A stretch of DNA of 64,000 bases from Rebecca billardiae RCC1528. Its lineage: Eukaryota > Protista > Haptophyta. The position numbers and the translations under genes were made by a program. The stretch is taken from positions 1,550,001 through 1,614,000 of the forward strand of contig OZ251236.1 in assembly GCA_965240325.2 (NCBI GenBank), in the 5' to 3' direction. The notes under the pieces are model-generated. The model saw nothing but the letters and a program-made list of their open reading frames with translations, did no database searches and had not been told where the DNA came from. Every line of letters starts with the position of its first letter. Position 1 is the first letter of the stretch. Below are positions 41,401-47,118 of this stretch, piece after piece.

Positions 41401-44400
41401 GGCGCGAACGCGAGCAGCAGCGCCTCCGCCGGCGAGCTCGCCGCCGCGACGGACGTGCTGCTCGCGCGCCTCGCGTCCGCGCGCACCGCGGTGCTGCAGC
41501 TGCCGCCGCACTCGCTGGCCGCCGGCTGGGCGTACGACCTGGCGCTCACGGCGAGGATGGCGGCGGCACCCGCGCAGGCGTCGACGGCACGCGTGCGCGT
41601 GCGCGTCGCGCGGCAGCCGCTGCGCGCGGTGATCGCCGGCGGCGACCGCCGCGTGCCGAGCTCGCTGCGCCTCGCCGTCGACGCCTCCGCGTCATTCGAC
41701 CCCGATGCGCCGACGGCCGACGGCGGCGACGGCGGCATGCCGCCGCTGTCGTTCGCGTGGAGCGTGGCGAACGCGAGCTCGCTCGAGCCGGTGGCTCTCG
41801 AGCCGTCCGCGGCGAACGCAAGCGGCGCGCTCTTCGAGCTTGCGCCCGGCACGCTGCCGCCGGGCGTGTACGCGCTCACCGTGCGCGTGTCCGCGCCCGG
41901 CCGCGCGCCCGCGGCCGCGTCGGTGACGGTCGAGGCGGTGCCGGGCGCGGTGCCCACGCTCGGCTTCGAGCCGCTCGGGCGGCGCAAGTGGCCGGCGGTG
42001 TTCGACCGGAACCCCGAGCGGCTGACTATTAACGCGCGCCTCGACGCCGCCTCGCGCGCGCTCGAGGCGGCGGGGCAGGCGCGCTTCAGCTACGAGTGGA
42101 GCGCGCGGCGCGTGGGCGCGGCCGGCGCGCTCGAGCCCGCCGGTCTCGACCTCGCGGACAGCGAGCGGGTGACCACGACGGGCGCGGCGCTGCGCACGGT
42201 CGCGATCCGCAGCGGCGCGCTCGCGCCCGGTGCGACGTACGCATTCCGCCTCGCCGTGCTCGGCGGCGCGCAGCCCGCGTACACGGAGGTGCGCGTCACG
42301 ATCAATCGGCCGCCGTACGGCGGAGGGCTCGAGGTGGCGCCGGCGTCGGGCGTGGCGCTGCAGACGAGCTTTGCGCTGTACGCGGCGGGGTGGGCGGAGG
42401 ACGACGAGGAGGACCTGCCGCTGAGCTACGCGTTCTCGCACGCGCCGCTCGGCACCGACGCCGTCGCCGCCGTCGCCGCGCTCGGCGCCGCCTCCGCCTC
42501 CGCCTCGGCGGCCGCGCTTCTCCCCGCGGGCAACCGCACGCTCACCGTCAGGGTGGCGGACGCGCTCGGCGGCGCGGCGCACGCGCACACGGCCGTGGCC
42601 GTCGCGCCGCCCGGCGAGGGCGCGGGGCTACTCGACTCGGTGCTCACGCGCGCGTACGCCGCGGTCGCGACGGGCGCGGCCGAGACCGCCACGCAGCTCG
42701 TGAGCGCCCTCGCCGACGCGCTTGACGCGACGCCCGCGGGCGGCGACAACGCCACCGTCGCCTCGGCCACGCTCGCTCGGCTGCTCGAGCTCACGGCGGG
42801 CGCGGCGGAGGCGTCCGCGCCGACCGCCGAAGCACGCGCGGCGAGCGCGTCCGCGCTCGCCGCCGTGCTCGAGGCCGCGCCGCCCGGCGCGTTCGACGCC
42901 TCCGCGCAGACCGCGGGCCTCGAGCAGGTCGCCGCCCTCGCGTCGCAGTCGGCCGCGTCGGGCGTCGACGGACCGACCGCGGCCGCGCTGCTGCGCGCGG
43001 CGGACGCGGCGCTCTCCGCCGACACCGACGCCGACGCGCCGCTGAGCGCGGCGGAGGCGGAGGCCGTGGGCGGAGCGGCGACGAGCGCGGTGGGCGCGCT
43101 CGCCATCGCGCTGCTCGCCGGCGCCGTGTCGGGCGAGGCGCCCTTCGAGGCCGTGGGCAAGGCCATCAACGTGAGCGCGACGCGCGCGGACGCGGGCGCG
43201 CTCGGCAACATCACGCTGCCCGGGCCGGGCGGCGCGGGTTCGGTGGGCGTGCCGGCGAGCGTGTTCGGCGGCGTGCCGCTCGAGCTGCTCGAGGGCGGCG
43301 TCGACGTCGTGCTCTGGTCCTCGGCGCGCAACGTGCACGGCGACCCGTCGACGCAGGCGAATGGCACGGCCGTGGCGTCGGGGCTGGTGACGCCCGTCTT
43401 CTCCGTCACGCTCTACTCGGCGTCGGCCGGGCTGGCGCTCACCATCTCCGACCTGCCGGACGACGGGCGCGTGCTGATCGAGGTGCCCGGGCTCGACGGC
43501 GCGGGCGGCGCGGGCGAGTGGGGCTGCGTGTGGTGGGACGAGGGCGCGAGCGCGTGGCTCGATGACGGCTGCGAGACGGTGGTCGCGCGTGCGGACGACG
43601 GCTCGCTCGCGCGCTACTGCGCGTGCACGCACCTGACCGACTTTGCGGGCGTGGCCGTGCCGACGGACGCGGACGCGGCGCGCACCGAGGTGGTCGAGTT
43701 CAACATCAACACGCTCTCCCTTGATGACGCCGCTGCAGCCGTCGGCGTCGGCTCCGGCCCCGTCCTCGCGCGCAACCCGTACATCTTCTGGCTGGTGGTG
43801 GCGATGAGTGCCGGCTGCGGACTCAGCGTGGCGCTGTTCGGGGCGCGCGACTTGCGCGACCACGCGCGGCGCAAGGAGCGCATCCGGCGGCTGCTCGCGA
43901 GCGAGGCCGGGCCCGCCGGTGGGCTGCCCGCCTCGCCGGCCAAGCCGGCCAAGCCCTCTCTCTTCCAGCGCCGCGCGGCCAAGCTCCAGGCGGAGGAGGA
44001 CGCCCTGTTTGGCGGCTCACCGTGGCGGCCCGCGCCCGCCGACGCGCCCGCCGTCGGCACGCACAGCCGGCCCGCCTCCTCCTCCGTCCCGGGGCCGCGC
44101 TTGGTCGCGCCGGCGGACGGCTGGGACGCGGGCGGGCGCGCGGTGCGCGCGTCGGCCCCTCTCGCCTCCATCTCGCCCGAGGGCAGCTTCGCCAAGCGGC
44201 AGCCGCCCCAGCTCTCGCCGCGGCGCGGCAGCGACGGCGCCGCTAGCCGCGGCGGCGCGGAGGCGCTCGGCTTTGCCGACAGGCTCGAGGCGCGGCTCGA
44301 CGACCTCGACGACCTGGTGGACGAGACGAAGCGGCGCGCGGCGCTCACGATGCAGAAGTACGCGCGCGGGCGCAAGGCGCGCGCCCTTGTCGACGAGGCC

Positions 44401-46575
44401 TCGCCCCAGTTCCGCGAGCGCAAGGCGCGCGCCTCGGACCGCACGCGCGACCACTCGCTGACCAAGCTCGTGCGGCTCGTGGGCGAGAGGCTGAGCACAG
44501 ACCACTCGCTGCTCGGCATCTGGTTCGCCGACCCGGAGGACGCGAAGCGCGCCGAGCTGGCGCAGATCTTCTGGAACATCGCGATGCTCGGCCTCGTGAT
44601 CACGTGCATGCTCTACGACGCGAGCGGCGGGCCTCCGGACGCGTCGGCGGCGCCGAGCGTCTCGCTGCTGAGCGCGGTGCTCACGGCGCTTCTCACCGCG
44701 GCCCTCTCGTTCCCCGCGCTCGCGCTCTTCCGGCTGCTCTTCCGCTGGGGGTACGGCCGGCGCTCGGCGCCGCTCTCGAAGCGCGTGTTCGCCACGTTCC
44801 TCCGCGCCGAGCTCGCGCAGCGCGAACGCGAGCGCGCGCCCTTCTCCACCGCCGTCAAGACGAGCGTGCGCACCGGCGCGTACCTGCGGCCCGCGCTGCC
44901 GCGCAAGAACTCAGACCGGCGCGGCGACGGCGGCGCGCTGCGCGCCGCCGCGCCCGCCGACCTCGAGCTCGCGCGCGAGTTCGCGCGGCGCGCGTCGATC
45001 GAGGCGGAGCGCTCCTCCATGCCGAGCATGCCCGGGCTCGCGCCGGTCACGCTGCCCGGCATGCCCGGCCGCTCGTCGCCGCGCGCCAAGCCGCGGCCGC
45101 CGCCGCCGCCGGGCATGACGGTGCGCCGGCCGGGCGGGCCCCGCGCCACCGGCCAGCTGCCGCCGAGCATGGCAGCGTCGATGGCGGCGACGGCGGCGGT
45201 GGCGGCGGCGGCGGGCGCTTCGGAGGGCGAGCGCACCGACGCGCCCGCCGCGGCCACGGCCGCCAAGCCGGGCAGCCTCTTCGCGCCGCGGGCGGTGGCC
45301 GTGCCGAGTGCCGACGCGTTCAAGCAGGCGCGAGTCACGCCCGTGCCCACCGCGGGCGCGCTCGACCCCGGCTCGTTCGGCCGGCACAGGAAGTCGGACG
45401 AGGACGAGTTCGAGGCGAGCGGCAGCTTCAACCAAGCGTCGTCCGAGCGCGCCGCCCGGCGCGCGGTCGCCGCGTCGCTCAGCGTCTCGCTCCGGGGCAC
45501 GAGCGCGCACGCGGAGGCGGAGCGCGCGGCCGCGGCGGAGCCGCCGTCCGCGCTCGGCCTCGTGCGCGACTTTGCCGACGTGGCGTCGAACCGTCACGGC
45601 CGCTCGCCGCACCCCGGCTCGCCGCCGCTGAGGCGCGATGACGCGCCGCTCACGCCCAGCGGCCTCGCGGGTCAGCGCCGCCCGCACTCGCGCCCCTCCT
45701 CGGCATCGTGCGCCGCCATCTCCGCCGCGTCCACCCCGCGTGCGAGCGCAGCAGACGGCGAGGAGGCGGGTGCGACCGAGGAGGCGGAGGCGGCGATGCG
45801 CACGAGCATTAGCGAGGTGCTGCCCACGCCCCCGCCCAGCCCGCCGCCGCCGGGCGGTCCGGCGTTCTCGTTCAAGACGGGGCAGGTCCCCGCGCCTACC
45901 GACCTGCCGCCCGCCGCCGGTCCCGCCGCCGCTGCTGCGGAGGAGGAGGCGGAGGGCGGCGGTCTGGACGAGCAGACGGTCGCGCTGCTCAAGCTCAAGT
46001 TCGAGGCGTTCGACGCGGACGACAACGGCTCGGTGGACGGCACCGAGTTCGGCGCGCTGCTCGAGTCGCTCGGCTTCCGGCTGCGCCCGCGCCGCGTCAA
46101 GCAGCTCGCCTCGGAGCTGGACACCAACGGCAACGGGCTGATCGGCTTCGACGAGCTGTGCGACTGGTACGAGAAGATGGTCGCGGACGAGGCCGCAAAG
46201 GAGGCGCGCCGCGCGGCGGGCTGGCAAGGCCGCGTGCGCCGCGTGCTGCGCAGGCTGACGCCGCCGCCACTCGTCAAGCTCTTGCTCGCGTGGCTGGCGA
46301 TGTGGGCCATCTTCGTCGCGCTCGCGCTGCTCGCGGTCGCGTACGCGCTCACGTTTGGCGCGCAGCAGACGCGCTGGCTCCTCTTCAGCTGGACGTTCGC
46401 CGAGGTGCAGACGCTCGGGCTGGAGGAGCCGGTCATCATCGCGATCACCGTGCTCGCGCCCATCCTCTTCGACCGGCTGCTCTCGCAGGGCGGCGCGACG
46501 GGCGAGGCGATCAACGAGCTGCTCGCGACGACCGTCGCGACGGCCGTCACCGCGATGCACAACCTCTGCGGCTGA
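29425..46575 (+). CDS. Giant polycystin-1-like surface receptor, copy 2 (head type B; 5716 aa), probable chimera
   Basis: Uninterrupted ORF 29320..46575. ATG 29425 gives a signal peptide (MRVPQPVLLAAVLLAALPATRAQ). Six FG-GAP repeats differ from copy 1; the C-terminal ~9 kb is almost identical to copy 1. Confidence 0.88.
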   Translation: MRVPQPVLLAAVLLAALPATRAQTSPPPSPPPSPPPSPTAVVLGQTKISATQGGLAQALQDRDEFGTAVASLGDVDGDGVPDAFVGAPWDAINANIGGAGYVLLMNAEGTVKAETRIAEQEGGFTESFSGQAHFIGGSAAGLGDLDGDGVPDMLMAQGDKAGSTIWTLFLNTDGTVKSYVKIAPGEGDLADLGTDKFGNTVAVLGDVDGDGVVDALVGAGRRDTQSAFVLFLRTDGSAKGYQEISEAAGGLAASPFVNGTWGNAVCAAGDVNGDGIPDAAVGDEKYEDGGLKYGALYVLMLHRNGTVKAEAFISKDELSLLAAGHKLGSACEGLGDLDGDGVPDLAVGAKEAGSGEQGGVFILNLNSDGSVKASAEISQGVGGLSASGLDELDQFGSGLGFLGDLDGDGSPELMVGAPWDDDGFNKAGAVYVLTLATPPSSPKPPPSPPPSSPPPSPPPSPPPSPPPPSPPPSPPPSPPPPKAPPSPPPSPPPTPPPSPPPSPPPSPSPPKPPPSPPPSPPPSPPPSPPPSPPPSPPPLPPPSPPPSPPPPKPPPSPPPSPPPSPPPSPPPSPPPSPSPPKPPPSPPPSPPPTPPPSPPPSPPPNPSPPSPPPSPPPSPPPSPPPSPPPSPPPSPPPPSPPPSPPPSPPPSPPPSPPPSPPPSPPPSPPPSPPPSPLPPSPPPSPPPSPPPSPPPSPPPPSPPPSPPPSPPPSPPPSPPPPTPPPSPPPTPPPSPPPSPPPPSPPPSPPPAPPPSPPPSPPPPSPPPSPPPSPPPSPPPSPPPSPPPSPPPSPPPSPPPPSPPPSPPPSPPPSPPPSPPPPSLPPSPPPSPPPSPPPSPPPPSPPPSPPPSPPPSPPPSPPPPSPPPSPPPSPPPSPPPSPPPPSPPPSPPPSPPPSPPPSPPPSPPPSPPPSPPPSPPPSPPPSPPPSPPPSPPPSPPPSPPPSPPPSPPPPSPPPSPPPSPPPSPPPSPPPPSPPPSPPPSPPPSPPPSPPPPTPPPSPPPTPPPSPPPSPPPPSPPPSPPPAPPPSPPPSPPPPSPPPSPPPSPPPSPPPSPPPSPPPSPPPSPPPSPPPPSPPPSPPPSPPPSPPPSPPPPSLPPSPPPSPPPSPPPSPPPPSPPPSPPPSPPPSPPPSPPPPSPPPIPPPSPPPSPPPSPPPPSPPPSPPPSPPPSPPPSPPPSPPPSPPPSPPPSPPPSPPPSPPPSPPPSPPPSPPPSPPPSPPPSPPPPSPPPSPPPSPPPSPPPSPPPPSPPPSPPPSPPPSPPPSPPPPTPPPSPPPTPPPSPPPSPPPPSPPPSPPPAPPPNPPPSPPPPLPPPSPPPSPPPSPPPSPPPSPPPSPPPSPPPSPPPPSPPPSPPPSPPPSPPPSPPPPSLPPSPPPSPPPSPPPSPPPPSPPPSPPPSPPPSPPPSPPPPSPPPSPPPSPPPSPPPSPPPPSPPPSPPPSPPPSPPPSPPPSPPPSPPPSPPPSPPPSPPPSPPPSPPPSPPPPSPPPSPPPSPPPSPPPSPPPPSPPPSPPPSPPPSPPPSPPPPTPPPSPPPTPPPSPPPSPPPPSPPPSPPPAPPPSPPPSPPPPSPPPSPPPSPPPSPPPSPPPSPPPSPPPSPPPSPPPPSPPPSPPPSPPPSPPPSPPPPSPPPSPPPRPPPSPPPSPPPPSPPPSPPPSQPPSPPPSPPPPSPPPSPPPSPPPSPPPSPPPPSPPPSPPPSPPPSPPPSPPPSPPPSPPPSPPPSPPPSPPPSPPPSPPPSPPPSPPPSPPPSPPPSPPPPSSPPSPPPSPPPSPPPSPPPPSPPPSPPPSPPPSPPPSPPPPTPPPSPPPTPPPFPPPSPPPPSPPPSPPPAPPPSPPPSPPPPLPPPSPPPSPPPSPPPSPPPSPPPSPPPSPPPSPPPPSPPPSPPPSPPPSPPPSPPPPSPPPSPPPSPPPSPPPSPPPPSPPPSPPPSPPPSPPPSPPPPSPPPSPPPSPPPSPPPSPPPPSPPPSPPPSPPPSPPPSPPPPSPPPSPPPTPPPSPPPSPPPPSPPPSPPPSPPPSPPPSPPPPSPPPSPPPSPPPSPPPSPPPPSPPPSPPPSPPPSPPPSPPPPSSPPSPPPSPPPTPPPSPPPPSPPPSPPPTPPPSPPPSPPPPSPPPSPPPSPPPSPPPSPPPPSPPPSPPPTPPPSPPPSPPPPSPPPSPPPSPPPSPPPSPPPPSPPPSPPPSPPPSPPPSPPPPSPPPSPPPSPPPSPPPSPPPPSPPPSPPPSPPPSPPPSPPPPSPPPSPPPSPPPSPPPSPPPPSPPPSPPPSPPPSPPPSPPPPSPPPSPPPTPPPSPPPSPPPPSPPPIPPPSPPPAPPPSPPPPSPPPSPPPSPPPSPPPSPPPPSPPPSPPPAPPPSPPPPSPPPSPPPSPPPSPPPSPPPPSPPPSPPPSPPPNPPPSPPPSPPPSPPPAPPPSPPPPSPPPSPPPSPPPSPPPSPPPPSPPPSPPPSPPPVPPPSPPPPSPPPSPPPISPPSPPPSPPPPSPPPSPPPASPPAPPPSPPPPSPPPTPPPSPPPSPPPSPPPPGAPPSPPPSPPPLHPPAPPPSPPPSPPPSPPPQPPPPLPPPIPPPSPPPNPPPSPPPPSPPPAPPPAPPPQPPPSPPPPGLPPSPPPSPPPAPPPRPPPPSPPPNPPPSPPPSPPPNPPPPSPPPSPPPSPPPTPPPPGPPPSPPPAPPPQAPPPPPPTPPPSPPPSPPPSPPPLPPPPSPPRPPPFVPPPLPPSASPPPSAPPPSAPPSPPPLSPPPSPPGSSSYLGLTLDAEPSAYGTQAAQRALADGLASAAAIPAEWVGVVSVSAASVRVVLRVFQPSDPAAPDAAAALQALSAEGLGASLGVGVLVTPEPLVAGCSEPGAANYEPGVEVDDGSCVAHSPPPPASPPSAPPSPPPASPPPSPPPSPPPSPPPPSPPPLLPPPPRVAPFPPPSPPSPPPAPPPSPPPSPPPGAPPAPPPSAPPSAPPSEPPSAPPPAPPPSSPPQPPPRPPPRPPPPSPPPALPPPPRAEPFPPPAPPSPPPRPPPPRPPPSPPPSPPPLPPPPPPGTPPASPPSPPPPPPPHAPPLLPPSPPPSPPPMPPLPSLPPSPPPRPPPPSAPPSPPPPPRTEPFPPPAPPSPPPSPPPSPPPPSPPPSPPPSPPPSPPSPPPLPPPRDPPSAPPSAPPTPPPSPSPRPPPGAPPSSPPMPPPNLPPHAPPPHPPPSPPPGTPPPMPPPSPPPTPPPPSPPPSLPPPPRTEPFPPPAPPSPPPNPPPSPPPQSPPPSPSPPSSPSPPSPPPPPPPTTPPSEPPTTPPAPPPTPPPPPPPPAPPPRPPPVPPTPPPPPRTEPFPPPAPPSPPPSPPPSPPPSSPPPPPPSPPPSPPPGPPPHPPPSSPPPLPPPSPPPPPPPAIRVSVLGGSREGAPLGSDDAALELEGAGFDSLAGGAFGEIQCAFTRADGGGDGGGPLLSGATVLSDARLRCAMPAAASSGAPSAAGAYTVGLALGAVGASTDVDVSGLFGPVSFELYDMAAVSVLELRPPGGPVGGGTAVTLVGSGFAEYGEGQLCCVLGGGGCAAAATLLPPSAAAPTLSRARCVLPPPLGGAAGSVALELSLGGGSADSTTASALPFFAYDPPTLGSVSPASGDANGGTEVTIGGAGFDALAGGALLAVRFGDAPAQPPARVTAGEVVVSTRYGAAGRAQLRVSLNGQQFTPAAAATPPPAGALAFTFVGLHAPVLEGVAFNGAATLMVLRFDAQPTDRAGMGSGVGECSRVLDDDTVALVGGGAAAAAAAPPQCYWTDDSTLVARLSSATLVRAGSEVGVRAGALRPEQCGTPCAAALASAAVRAAIDADAPCGEGVPCPTPVAAVSGPAVLSACPGASLALDGSASSRGGIGPAAFEWRVDPSRSARAASLNARLSALPARTPQLSLGGPGAASPTELGVSGSFVFVLRVTSFLGVPSAPAEWPVSRGDGASPILAIDGAPELRARASEPTLLSGRAELAPCWPPSFEPAMVFSWALEGAAQVGGGANASSSASAGELAAATDVLLARLASARTAVLQLPPHSLAAGWAYDLALTARMAAAPAQASTARVRVRVARQPLRAVIAGGDRRVPSSLRLAVDASASFDPDAPTADGGDGGMPPLSFAWSVANASSLEPVALEPSAANASGALFELAPGTLPPGVYALTVRVSAPGRAPAAASVTVEAVPGAVPTLGFEPLGRRKWPAVFDRNPERLTINARLDAASRALEAAGQARFSYEWSARRVGAAGALEPAGLDLADSERVTTTGAALRTVAIRSGALAPGATYAFRLAVLGGAQPAYTEVRVTINRPPYGGGLEVAPASGVALQTSFALYAAGWAEDDEEDLPLSYAFSHAPLGTDAVAAVAALGAASASASAAALLPAGNRTLTVRVADALGGAAHAHTAVAVAPPGEGAGLLDSVLTRAYAAVATGAAETATQLVSALADALDATPAGGDNATVASATLARLLELTAGAAEASAPTAEARAASASALAAVLEAAPPGAFDASAQTAGLEQVAALASQSAASGVDGPTAAALLRAADAALSADTDADAPLSAAEAEAVGGAATSAVGALAIALLAGAVSGEAPFEAVGKAINVSATRADAGALGNITLPGPGGAGSVGVPASVFGGVPLELLEGGVDVVLWSSARNVHGDPSTQANGTAVASGLVTPVFSVTLYSASAGLALTISDLPDDGRVLIEVPGLDGAGGAGEWGCVWWDEGASAWLDDGCETVVARADDGSLARYCACTHLTDFAGVAVPTDADAARTEVVEFNINTLSLDDAAAAVGVGSGPVLARNPYIFWLVVAMSAGCGLSVALFGARDLRDHARRKERIRRLLASEAGPAGGLPASPAKPAKPSLFQRRAAKLQAEEDALFGGSPWRPAPADAPAVGTHSRPASSSVPGPRLVAPADGWDAGGRAVRASAPLASISPEGSFAKRQPPQLSPRRGSDGAASRGGAEALGFADRLEARLDDLDDLVDETKRRAALTMQKYARGRKARALVDEASPQFRERKARASDRTRDHSLTKLVRLVGERLSTDHSLLGIWFADPEDAKRAELAQIFWNIAMLGLVITCMLYDASGGPPDASAAPSVSLLSAVLTALLTAALSFPALALFRLLFRWGYGRRSAPLSKRVFATFLRAELAQRERERAPFSTAVKTSVRTGAYLRPALPRKNSDRRGDGGALRAAAPADLELAREFARRASIEAERSSMPSMPGLAPVTLPGMPGRSSPRAKPRPPPPPGMTVRRPGGPRATGQLPPSMAASMAATAAVAAAAGASEGERTDAPAAATAAKPGSLFAPRAVAVPSADAFKQARVTPVPTAGALDPGSFGRHRKSDEDEFEASGSFNQASSERAARRAVAASLSVSLRGTSAHAEAERAAAAEPPSALGLVRDFADVASNRHGRSPHPGSPPLRRDDAPLTPSGLAGQRRPHSRPSSASCAAISAASTPRASAADGEEAGATEEAEAAMRTSISEVLPTPPPSPPPPGGPAFSFKTGQVPAPTDLPPAAGPAAAAAEEEAEGGGLDEQTVALLKLKFEAFDADDNGSVDGTEFGALLESLGFRLRPRRVKQLASELDTNGNGLIGFDELCDWYEKMVADEAAKEARRAAGWQGRVRRVLRRLTPPPLVKLLLAWLAMWAIFVALALLAVAYALTFGAQQTRWLLFSWTFAEVQTLGLEEPVIIAITVLAPILFDRLLSQGGATGEAINELLATTVATAVTAMHNLCG
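30736..37653 (+). repeat. Extensin-like shaft of copy 2 (~2306 codons) with an 822-bp higher-order repeat
   Basis: Marker gcctgcccct at 31671, 32493, 33315, 34089 and 34911 (spacings 822, 822, 774, 822). Confidence 0.93.
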
Positions 46576-47118
46576 GCTTGGATAAACCCAACGGGATTCT
46601 CATACCGGCCCAACGGGATTCTCATGGCCTTTGGGCGCCTTATTTTTGGTAGTAACGACATGGGTATGGTTTTGATAATTTGTGTAGTGTATAATTCTGT
46701 TGATTGGCGCAGCTCCATAACTCCATAAGTAATTCGACAAGGTCGGCTATTAATTCCTCGATCAATCAAGGGATGACTATGATAACGTCGTCCTCGACTC
46801 CTCGCCGACGACGAGTCGCCGTCGTCGTCGTCGTCGCCTGGTGTACCATACCATACCCTCGTGGACCCAGGTGGACCCGCATATCTATCATCCTTGAGTG
46901 TATTTCAGCTGGGACTCTGGCACCACCCCTACCCCTCACGAACGCTCCAAGTACAGTTTTACTAAGAATAAGAGACGCACACACCTCAGGCAGGCGAGTA
47001 CGACGCGCTGGTCATGCTCCTCCAACAACACCTTGGTGCTCGGGCCGCGGCGCGCATTGGGCGCGCCTTGCCGGGCGTGTCGGGTGCCGACGCGCTCGCA
47101 CGTCGCCTCCGCCGCCGC

